From a virus, in the IMG/VR virus record IMGVR_UViG_3300031688_000007, positions 7,215-71,214 of that record: a stretch of 64,000 nt of DNA; one strand, written 5' to 3'. The notes under the pieces are model-generated. The model made no database searches. It was not told where the DNA came from and saw only the letters and a program-made list of their open reading frames with translations. Both the position numbers and the translations under genes were made by a program. This document shows positions 1 to 9,573 of the stretch, one piece after another (position 1 is the stretch's first letter; each line of letters starts with the position of its first letter).

Positions 1-75
1 CCGAACTGGATTAATGACCGTGGTATGGTACGAGTCGGTCTAATAGGTGACCACATCTTCTATAGATGGGAGTGA
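1..75 (+). CDS. C-terminal fragment of SleB-like cell wall hydrolase (Hydrolase_2), truncated by window edge
   Basis: Hand translation PNWINDRGMVRVGLIGDHIFYRWE*; P.W...IG.HIFY is the typical C-terminus of this family. Confidence 0.7.
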   Translation, partial: PNWINDRGMVRVGLIGDHIFYRWE

Positions 76-341
76 CCTAACCATCTTATTTTAAGATATA
101 ATATGTGCTCCAAAATTAGGGGTACATCATGAACATCAATGAAGACGACTTTCCTGTGGAGTCTATTATGTATTTCACAGTAGGAGTATTACTATTAATA
201 CTAAAGAAAATAGCCGAGATGTAAGAACGGCTGAAGTGCTACAACGTACTATGAAATATCTTATGCATTATTACACCTTGGAAGAAATCCAAGATATATT
301 GCATAGCGATACACTCGCCAACTACCATAGGATCATGTCTG

Positions 342-518
342 ATGGACACACCCAAGCTACTAACCGTTAAGCAGTACAATGAAATATATTCAAAGTCACT
401 AGAGGATCGTGAAGATGCTATAGGACGTAAAATGACTGCACGAGCTAAGATCGAGCAGTATAACTCTCATAAAGATATGCTCTTATTAATAGAGCCCTAC
501 CCGTCATTGGCGTACTAA
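342..518 (+). CDS. hypothetical protein (58 aa)
   Basis: Hand-translated MDTPKLLTVK...YPSLAY*, AGGA upstream; below ORF-track cutoff. Confidence 0.5.
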   Translation: MDTPKLLTVKQYNEIYSKSLEDREDAIGRKMTARAKIEQYNSHKDMLLLIEPYPSLAY

Positions 519-560
519 AGGTGTGCTAAGCGTACAAACGGTGTACTAATGGCGTACTAA
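508..560. repeat. short degenerate tandem repeats GGYGTRCTAA, ~11-bp period
   Basis: tggcgtactaa / aggtgtgctaa / gcgtacaaa / cggtgtactaa / tggcgtactaa. Confidence 0.7.
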
Positions 561-653
561 ACAGTTTACATGAGACCAGCCCTCTCCATGGGGTGTTCCT
601 ACAGGATTAGTCCACCTGCGGTCACAACGGACTACCTAATTTCTGAGGTAACT

Positions 654-2150
654 ATGAAGCACTTATACACAGACCCGGACAAGTTTCCGGAGGCTGCCCT
701 GTTAATTAAGGGCACCGCATTCAAGTATACCGACATTAAGCAGCACTACGGAAACCCCTTAAAGGTATGTTTAAAGGCTCTTCCGCTAGAGTATAACTCC
801 TTAGGGAAGGCTCCAGCTAAGATGATAAAGGAAGTGCTACCTGCACTTTTAGCAGATATAAATGCAGATGGTATTACTACTGTAATCATCGCAGACTCTG
901 CGTACTTTAAGGCTGCTACCCGTCAATCTAAGGCGGAACCACACTATGGTTACAGAATGCCTTGTACTGTTGAAGGTTTTGAGCACATGCATGTGTTCCT
1001 AACCGGTAACTACCAAGGGTTGTTCTATAACCCACGTATCCAAGACAAGATAGACCTAAGTTTAGCTGCTATTGCTGATCATCTAGCTGATAACTATCAA
1101 CAGTTGGGTCAAGATGTTGTCAGATCGTCAACTTTTGTTCATACAATACCTGACATCACTAGCACTCTACTTATGCTACTTAAGTATCCCTCACTTACAT
1201 GTGACGTGGAGACCTATGGTCTAAGCATTGATGTGTCCCGTATTGGGACTATTGCATTTGCATGGAACCAGCATGAAGGTGTCACTATAAATGTGAACCA
1301 CATGATTAGTCGTAGTTCTGAAGAGAAGCTTCATATAGCTGACCTGATGCATAATTTCTTTGTAGAATTTAAGGGCAACCTTAAATATCATAATGCATCC
1401 TTCGATATTCGTTGTATTATTTATGACTTCTTCATGTATGAGGATCCTACGGACTTCGTTGCAATGATAGATGCCCTAGACATTATGTTTAGGGATATTG
1501 ATGACACAAAGTTAATCACTTATCTGGCTACGAATAATACTGCAGAGAATAAACTCTCCTTAAAGGAGAACGCATTCGAGTTTGCCGGCAACTACGCTCA
1601 GGAAGATATCCATGATATTAACTTGATCCAAAATGTAGATCTTATGAACTACAATTTAGTTGATTGCTTAAGCACGTGGTATGTATTTAATAAGTACCAC
1701 AAAACTATGGTGGATGAATTCCAGCTGGAATTTTATTCCAATATTTTTTTACCTTCACTGAAGAATATTACTCAAATGGAGTTAACAGGCATGCCTATGG
1801 ATATGCCTACGATCCAAGATGTTGAGTATGACCTGCAGGAAATCATGGACGAGCGTACATCTAGCTTGCTAGAGGAAGAGCTTGTTAAGGATTACCTATG
1901 GTTAGAGCAGAAGAAAGCGTTCATTAAAAAGAATGCGCTGCTCAAGAAGTTGTTTAAACCCCTAGACGACTTTAAGAGCAGCCTTAACACCAATAGTCCT
2001 AAACAGCTTGGTAGCTTGCTCTACGACTTCCTTGGGTTACCTATATTGGATATTACTGATACTGGGCAACCAGCTACAGGCAAGAAGACAATTAAGAAGT
2101 TATATGACTCCTTGATTAACCAATATAATATAACTGAGGATGAGTTATGA
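654..2150 (+). CDS. DNA polymerase A, N-terminal part (N-terminal domain, 3'-5' exonuclease, start of thumb), N4 gp39-like
   Basis: ExoI CDVET, ExoII HNASFD, ExoIII YNLVD, N.NSPKQL..LLY motif; ATG at 654 after GAGGT RBS. Confidence 0.9.
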   Translation: MKHLYTDPDKFPEAALLIKGTAFKYTDIKQHYGNPLKVCLKALPLEYNSLGKAPAKMIKEVLPALLADINADGITTVIIADSAYFKAATRQSKAEPHYGYRMPCTVEGFEHMHVFLTGNYQGLFYNPRIQDKIDLSLAAIADHLADNYQQLGQDVVRSSTFVHTIPDITSTLLMLLKYPSLTCDVETYGLSIDVSRIGTIAFAWNQHEGVTINVNHMISRSSEEKLHIADLMHNFFVEFKGNLKYHNASFDIRCIIYDFFMYEDPTDFVAMIDALDIMFRDIDDTKLITYLATNNTAENKLSLKENAFEFAGNYAQEDIHDINLIQNVDLMNYNLVDCLSTWYVFNKYHKTMVDEFQLEFYSNIFLPSLKNITQMELTGMPMDMPTIQDVEYDLQEIMDERTSSLLEEELVKDYLWLEQKKAFIKKNALLKKLFKPLDDFKSSLNTNSPKQLGSLLYDFLGLPILDITDTGQPATGKKTIKKLYDSLINQYNITEDEL

Positions 2151-2539
2151 GCACATTTAAACTAAGAGACCTGGGTGAGAAGCTCAGGGTTGGTCTTGAT
2201 AAGATCTCTCCTGGTACTGTAGGTATCAGCTGGAGTCTTGAGGACTATAATTTAAAAAGTAACTGTATTACAGGCGATTTAACCCTTCTAATGAAGGAAG
2301 AGGGTAGTACCCAGTATTTTAGTCGCATGAAAACAGTTCTACTACTTTCTGACCTTAATGTAGATATGCGTAGAATGCATTACGTACCTGATGGTGCTGA
2401 TTCAATACCGTTTGTGTCACAAATAATACTCAATACCCGTATATCTTTGGATGACTTTCCTGAGATAGCACTGTCTAATTATATTAAAGACGCACAGGAA
2501 ACTTTAAATTATGAGTGGCGCATCGAAGATCAAGAATAG
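2147..2539 (+). CDS. hypothetical protein inserted between the two DNA polymerase halves
   Basis: 130-aa ORF, ATGA overlap with upstream stop; no HNH, GIY-YIG or LAGLIDADG motif visible. Confidence 0.7.
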   Translation: MSTFKLRDLGEKLRVGLDKISPGTVGISWSLEDYNLKSNCITGDLTLLMKEEGSTQYFSRMKTVLLLSDLNVDMRRMHYVPDGADSIPFVSQIILNTRISLDDFPEIALSNYIKDAQETLNYEWRIEDQE

Positions 2540-3626
2540 GGACGATGCTATTAAGGTAGCTAGAGTCCTTAAGTATTTAATAGAGATAAATGAAGTTAGT
2601 AAATTATTAACTGCATTCATCCCTGCCTTCTTATTTAAAACCATACCTAAGATGGGTAGATGGTTCCTGCACGGTAACTTCCACCTAGGAGGTACCAAGT
2701 CAGGTCGTCTAAGCTCGTCTAAGATCAACTTACAACAGTTGCCCTCTACTGGTAGTAAGTACGCTAAAGCCATTAAAGGATGCTTCCAGGCTCCTGAAGG
2801 GTGGGTAATAGTAGGTGCTGACTTCTCTAGCCTAGAGGATAGGATATCTGCACTGACTACACGAGATCCAAACAAGCTAAAGGTTTATACCGATGGGTAT
2901 GACGGTCACTGTATGAGAGCATTCGCCTACTTCGGTAAGCAGATGCCTGACATTGTGGACACTGTTGAATCCATTAACTCAATTGAGACCATGTACGAAG
3001 CACTTAGGCAGAGATCTAAGGGCCCTACATTTGCTCTTACTTACCAGGGTACGTCACATACTTTAGTGAACAACCTAGGCTTCTCTAAGAAGGAAGCTAA
3101 AGAGATTGAGGACAACTATCATGAATTATATAAAATTTCAGATAATTGGGTACAGGATAAACTGCTTCTAGCGTCTAAGGAGGGCTATGTGACGGGTGCT
3201 TTTGGTCTTCGACTAAGAACCCCACTATTAGCTAGAACCATCTTAAACACGAGGCATACGCCGTATGAGGCGCAAGCTGAAGGTCGTACCGCAGGTAATG
3301 CGTTAGGACAGTCTTATGGCCTGTTAAATAACAGGGCAGCTAATGAATTTATGGATAAGGTGCATGCATCTGACTACAGATACACCATCTTACCCATAGC
3401 TCATATCCATGATGCTCAGTATTACATGGTTAAAGCTGACCCAGATTTGATCCACTGGTTAAACACGAACCTCGTGGAAAGTATGTCATGGCAGGACTTG
3501 CCGGAACTAAAACACGACACTGTTAAGCTTGGTGCAACCCTAGAAATATACTACCCTAGTATGGCTGATAAACTTACTATACCTAATAACGCTACAAGGT
3601 CAGAAATAGTACATGCAGCTCTTTAA
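2511..3626 (+). CDS. DNA polymerase A, C-terminal polymerase domain
   Basis: TKSGRLSS..NLQQLP, motif A GADFSSLE, motif B RQRSKGPTFALTY, motif C HIHDA; AGGA RBS upstream. Confidence 0.93.
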   Translation: MSGASKIKNRDDAIKVARVLKYLIEINEVSKLLTAFIPAFLFKTIPKMGRWFLHGNFHLGGTKSGRLSSSKINLQQLPSTGSKYAKAIKGCFQAPEGWVIVGADFSSLEDRISALTTRDPNKLKVYTDGYDGHCMRAFAYFGKQMPDIVDTVESINSIETMYEALRQRSKGPTFALTYQGTSHTLVNNLGFSKKEAKEIEDNYHELYKISDNWVQDKLLLASKEGYVTGAFGLRLRTPLLARTILNTRHTPYEAQAEGRTAGNALGQSYGLLNNRAANEFMDKVHASDYRYTILPIAHIHDAQYYMVKADPDLIHWLNTNLVESMSWQDLPELKHDTVKLGATLEIYYPSMADKLTIPNNATRSEIVHAAL

Positions 3627-3785
3627 AAATGCTAAAGTATGTGTGCTCTCGTTGATGAGCATACCTACCAAGTAGAGTTAAAGAATCAATAAGCCAGGGT
3701 TAGTGTTTTTCCCCATAGAGTTGTGGCCCCCGCAACTGGTGACAGAGGGGGTATCCCAGTAATCAGACTATTAAACAAAATATAT

Positions 3786-3798
3786 TGTGCTCCGCACA
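3786..3798 (+). promoter_or_regulatory. N4 vRNAP-promoter-like hairpin (TGTGC-TCC-GCACA)
   Basis: Opposite strand reads TGTGC-GGA-GCACA, the GC-GGA-GC core of N4 hairpin promoters; second copy at 61205. Confidence 0.6.
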
Positions 3799-3819
3799 CT
3801 TCTATGAAGAGAACTATCT

Positions 3820-4794
3820 ATGTTAACAAATACAGCCAATTTGCCTATGAGCGTATCCCTATGGTTAGCCCATGATGATTATGATCATTCAAGCGATCCA
3901 TATAGCATTAGTGCTACCAGTCTATTAAAGCCAATTAAGAGCTTAGTACTGGGACGACGTGCCGCAGGTAACTCACAATCCGATGTAGCTGACCTAATTC
4001 CTAGCAGAATGGGTACTGCAATCCATACTGCAATAGAGAGCGCTTGGTTAAGCCCTGAGCTGCCTAAGCATCTACTCGAACTTGGTTACTCCCCTAGGGT
4101 AGTGAACAATATTGTGATTAACCCAACTAAAGAACAGCTGACTGATGATTCCGTACCCATCTATATGGAGCTACGTGGATTTAAGAAGGTTGGTAAGTAC
4201 ACTGTCTCAGGTAAGTTTGACTTCGTGTCAGGCGGTGTATTAGAAGACTTCAAGACTACAGGCACCTACGGATACATTAACCAATCCAACGCTGAGAAGT
4301 TCATTCAGCAGGGTAGTATCTATAAGTGGCTGCACCCGAACATCATCACTGAAGACTATATGTATATCCAATACATCTTCACTGACTGGAGTGCTGCTAA
4401 GGCACGGTCTGACAAGAACTATCCAGCAAGTCGGATTGTTCCTCAGAAGTTCGTACTGAATTCCGTACAGGAGACAGAGGCATTTGTATCTGAGCGTATC
4501 AACCTGGTTGCTACCTTAGAGACTGCAGATGAATCTGAGATGCCTGATTGTACCCCTAAGGATTTATGGGAACGGGATCCTGTCTTTAAGTATTATAAAA
4601 ATCCTAACAGTAGAGCTCGTTCTACTAAAAACTTCACTACATACTTTGAAGCCCATGATCGTCTTATGCAAGATGGATCTGTTGGTGTCGTTGTAGAGGT
4701 GAAGGGTGAAATCAAGTTTTGTGCTTATTGCCCTGCCGTTGACATATGTAAACAGGCTGCCGGCTATAAAGCTTCAGGTAGATTAATAGTCTAA
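3820..4794 (+). CDS. PD-(D/E)xK Cas4-like nuclease (N4 gp42-like)
   Basis: SGKFD...LEDFKTT, C-terminal C..CxxC..C; syntenic before primase. Confidence 0.8.
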   Translation: MLTNTANLPMSVSLWLAHDDYDHSSDPYSISATSLLKPIKSLVLGRRAAGNSQSDVADLIPSRMGTAIHTAIESAWLSPELPKHLLELGYSPRVVNNIVINPTKEQLTDDSVPIYMELRGFKKVGKYTVSGKFDFVSGGVLEDFKTTGTYGYINQSNAEKFIQQGSIYKWLHPNIITEDYMYIQYIFTDWSAAKARSDKNYPASRIVPQKFVLNSVQETEAFVSERINLVATLETADESEMPDCTPKDLWERDPVFKYYKNPNSRARSTKNFTTYFEAHDRLMQDGSVGVVVEVKGEIKFCAYCPAVDICKQAAGYKASGRLIV

Positions 4795-4805
4795 AAGAGG
4801 GAATT

Positions 4806-6956
4806 ATGAAAAGTTTTGAAGATATGGACTATTTTGTCCCGCAAGAGAAGTTGGTTAAGACCCTGGTTCAGAAGACCCAGAACAATAACCCACTATTCTT
4901 CAGGATATTGACCGTCTACTATTTCTCTAAGATAGCTTCCATGATGCGTGTTAATTTAAAAACACTGCACCAGGGGACTATTCCGGTGAACACGTACGCT
5001 ATAAATCTTAGTGTATCTGGATCAGGTAAGGGATTTAGTACCAACATTATTGAAGAGAATGTCATTCATTTGTTTAAGGAACGTTTCTTATCTGAAACAT
5101 TTCCTACTCTTGCAAACCAGAGTATACGAAATGAGGCAATACGCAGAGCACCTCGGCATAACATCCCAGTTGATGAGATGGAAGAGAAGCTTACTAAGGA
5201 GTTTGAACTACTAGGGCCCCTACTCTTTAGTTTCGACTCAGGTACATCTCCTGCTATTAAGCAGATGCGCCACAAGCTTCTTATGTCGGGTGCTGGCAGT
5301 ATTAACCTAGAGATTGATGAGATTGGCTCTAACCTAGTGCACAACACAGATGTATTGAATACATTCTTGGAATTGTACGACGTAGGTAAGATTAAGCCAA
5401 AGCTAATCAAGAACACTGCTGAGAATCTACGTAGTGAGGAGATTGATGGTAAGACCCCTACTAACATGATGCTCTACGGTACTCCCAGTAAGCTCATGAA
5501 CGGTGGTAAGACTGAAGAAGAGTATATGTCTATGCTCGACACAGGCTACGCTAGACGTTGTTTGTTTGGTTACTCTACCAAGGTTCATACTGACATCAAT
5601 GTCTCTCCAGAAGACCTGTTTGACATGCTAACGGACACTTCTGCAGACACGGTACTAGATGATCTAGCTATCAGTATGCATAAGTTGGCTGATCCTATTA
5701 ATTTTAATAGTGAGTTAGCTCTTCTTAAACCAGAATCTCTAATTCTTCTAGAGTATAAGCAGATGTGCGAGACACGTGCTCGTAATATGCGTGAGTTTGA
5801 GGAGATCCAAAAAGCAGAGATGAGCCATAGGTACTTCAAGGCGTTAAAACTAGCAGGTGCTTATGCATTTATAGATAGTAGCGCCATTGTGACCTCCGCT
5901 CACTTATACAGTGCGTTTAAGCTTGTTGAGGACTCTGGTGAGGCATTCGGTAGAATGTTGAACAGACCTCGTACGCATGAGCGTGTGGCTATCTACTTAG
6001 CTGATGTTCGTAAAGAAGTGACCCATGTGGATCTTATGGAGGACTTACCTTTCTTTAGAGGAGGTGCAGCCCATCGTAAGGACATCATGACCCAAGCTAT
6101 TGCATGGGGATACCGTAATAACATTGTTATACGTACTTCCTATTCAGACAGCATTGAGTTCTTTAAGGGTGAGACTATGGACGAGTCGGACATGCAGAAT
6201 CTGCGTATCTCGTACTCTACAGACATAGTTAATAACTTTGAGCCTGAATACGCTCCATGGGATCAGTTACATAATTTGGTTAGTGCTCCTGACTTCCATT
6301 ATGCAGCTCATCACTTTGAGGACAAGTACCGGACATCTGACAAGGCAATACCTGGGTTTAACCTAGTTATTCTTGATGTAGATGAAGGTACCTCGTTGAA
6401 GCAGGCTAAGATGTTGCTTAAGGACTATAAGGCATTCTTTGCTACGACTAAGCGTCATACTGCAGAACATAATCGCTTTAGAATTATTATGCCTTTAACT
6501 CACAATGTGAAGTTGAATACGGCATTGTACTCTAAGTTCATGACTAACCTGTTTGAATGGCTTCCATTTGAAACTGATAGATCCACCAAGGACATCGCAC
6601 GTAAGTGGGAATCGTTCCCAGGTGAGTACTCTTACCAAGAAGGTAAGATGCTGGATGCTTTAATGTTTATCCCTGATACAAATAAGCAGGCAGAACAGCA
6701 TCAGAAGATCATGGATCATGCTTCGCTATCTAACCTAGAGCGTTGGCTACTACTTAACGCTGGTGTGGGTAGCAGGTCTAATACATTAATTAAATACACG
6801 TACGTCTTAGTGGACGGTGGCTACACAGTTGAAGCTATCCGTAATTCTGTAATCTCCTTTAACCAGAAGATGAAGAACCCATTACCTCAGGAAGAACTTG
6901 AGAAGACTGTACTAACCACAGCTATGTCAGCTGTAACTAAACGAGACTCGGAGTAA
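4806..6956 (+). CDS. DNA primase (N4 gp43-like)
   Basis: 716 aa, P-loop SGSGKG, DEIGSN, C-terminal LDVD / TTKRHT / RFRII primase-like motifs; N4 synteny. Confidence 0.85.
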   Translation: MKSFEDMDYFVPQEKLVKTLVQKTQNNNPLFFRILTVYYFSKIASMMRVNLKTLHQGTIPVNTYAINLSVSGSGKGFSTNIIEENVIHLFKERFLSETFPTLANQSIRNEAIRRAPRHNIPVDEMEEKLTKEFELLGPLLFSFDSGTSPAIKQMRHKLLMSGAGSINLEIDEIGSNLVHNTDVLNTFLELYDVGKIKPKLIKNTAENLRSEEIDGKTPTNMMLYGTPSKLMNGGKTEEEYMSMLDTGYARRCLFGYSTKVHTDINVSPEDLFDMLTDTSADTVLDDLAISMHKLADPINFNSELALLKPESLILLEYKQMCETRARNMREFEEIQKAEMSHRYFKALKLAGAYAFIDSSAIVTSAHLYSAFKLVEDSGEAFGRMLNRPRTHERVAIYLADVRKEVTHVDLMEDLPFFRGGAAHRKDIMTQAIAWGYRNNIVIRTSYSDSIEFFKGETMDESDMQNLRISYSTDIVNNFEPEYAPWDQLHNLVSAPDFHYAAHHFEDKYRTSDKAIPGFNLVILDVDEGTSLKQAKMLLKDYKAFFATTKRHTAEHNRFRIIMPLTHNVKLNTALYSKFMTNLFEWLPFETDRSTKDIARKWESFPGEYSYQEGKMLDALMFIPDTNKQAEQHQKIMDHASLSNLERWLLLNAGVGSRSNTLIKYTYVLVDGGYTVEAIRNSVISFNQKMKNPLPQEELEKTVLTTAMSAVTKRDSE

Positions 6957-6958
6957 CT

Positions 6959-7279
6959 ATGGCAATATGCGATGTATTAATTGCAGTAGATAGCGTCAAT
7001 AAGGACGTTATCGCTGAAGCAATTGTAGCAGTAGATCACACAGTGGAAGTCTGCGAAGGCCATACGTTCTTTATCCTTAAGGACATCGAGATGGATCTTA
7101 AGAAGGACTTATCTCTAGTAAGCATCAACGGTGCCCTAGAGGAATTAGGTGAGCAGAACTATTCATTCGTTCGTGCAGACCTTCTATCTAAGACCATGCG
7201 TATCACTGGTAATCCTATGAAGTTTGGAGTTAAAGCTCTACTGACTTACGGCGAGCCACAGAAGCAATCCATTCACTAA
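6959..7279 (+). CDS. hypothetical protein
   Basis: 106-aa ORF with GGAG RBS in operon. Confidence 0.75.
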   Translation: MAICDVLIAVDSVNKDVIAEAIVAVDHTVEVCEGHTFFILKDIEMDLKKDLSLVSINGALEELGEQNYSFVRADLLSKTMRITGNPMKFGVKALLTYGEPQKQSIH

Positions 7280-7291
7280 CAGGGGAACCCT

Positions 7292-8014
7292 ATGATGATG
7301 AACGATAACCTGGTACTCATATCAGGCAAGAGTGCCACAGGTAAATCAGCTAGTCTGATGAACATTGCAAACCCTGAAGGTGTTATTTACTTAAATTGCG
7401 AGAATAATAAGAAATTACCATTTCGAGGTAAGTTCAAAGAGTTTGGTATCACCGACCCAGTACAGGTGTATCAGGCATTTGAAGAAGCCGAGAAGATGGA
7501 CGACGTTCATACTATCGTTGTAGACAGTTTGACCTACATGATGGATATGTTCGAGTCCTATTACGTGCTGACATCGTCTAACACGATGAAGGCATGGGGC
7601 GAATATGCCCAATTCTTCAAGAAGCTAATGAGTAAATATGTTGCTGAATCTACTAAGAATGTGATCTTTATTGCTCACACCTCTGACATCATGAATGATG
7701 CCGAGATGGCAATGGAAACACTTGTTAAGGTAAAAGGTTCCCTCATGAACCAAGGCATTGAGTCCTATTTCTCTACTGTAGTAAGTACGAAGAAGGTAAA
7801 TCTCAAGCACTTGAAAAAGTATGAGAGCGACTTACTGGATATCACTCCAGATGAAGAAGAACTAGGCTTTAAGTACGTCTTCCAGACTCGTATCACTAAA
7901 GATACAGTTAATGAGCGTATGCGAGCTCCCCTCAGTATGTGGACTACACAAGAAACATTTACTGATAACAACATTCAGTTGGTTATTGACCGACTTCACG
8001 AATATTACGTTTAA
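7292..8014 (+). CDS. AAA ATPase (Sak4-like, N4 gp44-like)
   Basis: Walker A GKSATGKS, Walker B IVVDS, IFIAH. Confidence 0.85.
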   Translation: MMMNDNLVLISGKSATGKSASLMNIANPEGVIYLNCENNKKLPFRGKFKEFGITDPVQVYQAFEEAEKMDDVHTIVVDSLTYMMDMFESYYVLTSSNTMKAWGEYAQFFKKLMSKYVAESTKNVIFIAHTSDIMNDAEMAMETLVKVKGSLMNQGIESYFSTVVSTKKVNLKHLKKYESDLLDITPDEEELGFKYVFQTRITKDTVNERMRAPLSMWTTQETFTDNNIQLVIDRLHEYYV

Positions 8015-8030
8015 TAAAGGTATTAAAACT

Positions 8031-8786
8031 ATGAGTTTTTTAGATAATTTAAAAACATCTGCAGCAGTAGGCAACGAAACCAACTCTCTTGGAGGCGGCG
8101 GTGTCTTAGAATCAGGTGCGTACAACATGGTAGTGGAAACTGCTTACTTTGATACGTCATCTGGTGGTGCAACGAGCTTGAACCTTGTGTTCAAGAGCAA
8201 CAATGGTCAGACATTACGTCAAACCATCTACGTAACCTCAGGTACTGCTAAAGGCGGCCTGAACACCTACGTTGATAAGCGTACAGGTGAGAAAAAGTAT
8301 CTTCCGGGCTTCAACACAGCAAACTCTATTTGCTTGTTGGCTACTGGTGAAGAGATCGCTGATCAGGAGATTGAGACTAAGACTCTTAAGATCTATGATT
8401 ACGATGCTAAGAAGGATATGCCTCAGCAGAAGTCTGTCGTTATGACGCTTCTAGGTAAGGATGTCACTCTAGGTGTTAAGAAGGTCATCGAGAACAAGCG
8501 TGAGCAAGACTCGTCTGGTGCTTGGAATGCTGCTACTAGCGGTGAAACTCGTACTATCAACGAGATTGATAAGGTGTTCCGTACTACTGACCTGATGACT
8601 ACTCCTGAGATTCGTGATGGTGCTACTGAAGCTTCCTTCTACGAAGGTTGGGTAGCCAAGAACACTGGTGTTAGCCGTGACAAGACCATTGCTAAGGCTG
8701 GTGAAGTTGCTAAGGCCGGTGGTGCTGCTGCTCCATCAATGGGTACAACCACCACTGAGCCTAAGAAGAGCTTGTTCGGTTCATAA
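8031..8786 (+). CDS. single-stranded DNA-binding protein (N4 gp45-like)
   Basis: Synteny, GGGVLESG.Y and YLPGF motifs, KKSLFGS tail; start moved to ATG 8031 after AAGGT. Confidence 0.85.
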   Translation: MSFLDNLKTSAAVGNETNSLGGGGVLESGAYNMVVETAYFDTSSGGATSLNLVFKSNNGQTLRQTIYVTSGTAKGGLNTYVDKRTGEKKYLPGFNTANSICLLATGEEIADQEIETKTLKIYDYDAKKDMPQQKSVVMTLLGKDVTLGVKKVIENKREQDSSGAWNAATSGETRTINEIDKVFRTTDLMTTPEIRDGATEASFYEGWVAKNTGVSRDKTIAKAGEVAKAGGAAAPSMGTTTTEPKKSLFGS

Positions 8787-8788
8787 CC

Positions 8789-9175
8789 GTGCAACAGACA
8801 TTCTCTTCTCCGCTGAGTGTTCTGGTTAATCGACGAGGAAGGAAGTTTATCCTGAATCTAAATAACTATAGGAACACTCACTATCAGACACTGAATAAGG
8901 CTAAGATCGTCTATAAAGGCGACATGACACCTCAACTTGTTGGGGTAACCTTCCAGTGTCCGATAGAGGTCGAGTATTGTCTTATGCCTAAAACAGCCCG
9001 TAGGACGGACTTGGGTAATGTACTGTCAGTTCATCAGAAGTATTTTGAAGATGCCCTAGTAGAGCTAGGGTGCATCCCTGATGACGACTACAAGCACATA
9101 GTCCGTACTACATTTGTTTTTGGTGAGAAAGACAAGGATGATCCACGAGTTATCATCACAGTAAAGGAGTTGTAA
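8789..9175 (+). CDS. RusA-like Holliday junction resolvase
   Basis: NLNNYRN, RRTDLGNV..V..KYFEDAL...G.IPDDD. Confidence 0.8.
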   Translation: MQQTFSSPLSVLVNRRGRKFILNLNNYRNTHYQTLNKAKIVYKGDMTPQLVGVTFQCPIEVEYCLMPKTARRTDLGNVLSVHQKYFEDALVELGCIPDDDYKHIVRTTFVFGEKDKDDPRVIITVKEL

Positions 9176-9573
9176 TGGACATCAAGATGAAGACCGAAGA
9201 CGTCCAAGAGGCTATTCGGGAGTACTACATTAGGCGGGGGTATACCAGAGATCGTCTGGTCGATATCCATGTCAAAGGGGGCCGTAAGGTTAAGGGCAAT
9301 GATGTACCGAATAACGGTACAGTTGAGCTTACTGTTATGGATATGTATATACGTCCAATTGAGGACGATATTATACCACCTCCTACATTCAATGCTGCGT
9401 CGGAAGATGTGAGCACACTGGTAGGGGAGTTAGAGGGTATTATGTCTAACGAGCCTGTCGCACTATCAGAAGATAAGCAGTTGGAGATGTTATTAGACAT
9501 CGCTGATGATCTGCCTATGAATGTAGCCCCAAAGGTTACAGCTGGTAGTAAGTTTAAGAGCCTTTTCTCTTGA
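9175..9573 (+). CDS. hypothetical protein with KSLF C-terminal tail
   Basis: 132-aa ORF with AAGGAG RBS. Confidence 0.75.
   Translation: MDIKMKTEDVQEAIREYYIRRGYTRDRLVDIHVKGGRKVKGNDVPNNGTVELTVMDMYIRPIEDDIIPPPTFNAASEDVSTLVGELEGIMSNEPVALSEDKQLEMLLDIADDLPMNVAPKVTAGSKFKSLFS

Noticed and set aside
104-112. Third GTGCTCC hairpin copy
   Set aside because: Only the left arm is present (GTGCTCCAAA); cannot form the stem
129-370. Small ORFs or possible frameshifted gene
   Set aside because: Competing short frames (31 aa from ATG 129; a longer open frame lacking a clear start); cannot decide which is real
508-560. Repeats as mini-CRISPR array
   Set aside because: Units are ~11 bp with no unique spacers; the nearby Cas4-like gene is a core N4 replication-module gene
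570-653. ORF-track N-terminal extension of DNA polymerase (also extensions at 7911, 34299, 57229, 57570, 60187)
   Set aside because: Better RBS-supported starts lie downstream
2151-2510. Group I intron or split intein in DNA polymerase
   Set aside because: The gap is fully occupied by an ORF, and no conserved intron core or intein terminal residues were recognised; not formally excluded without covariance search
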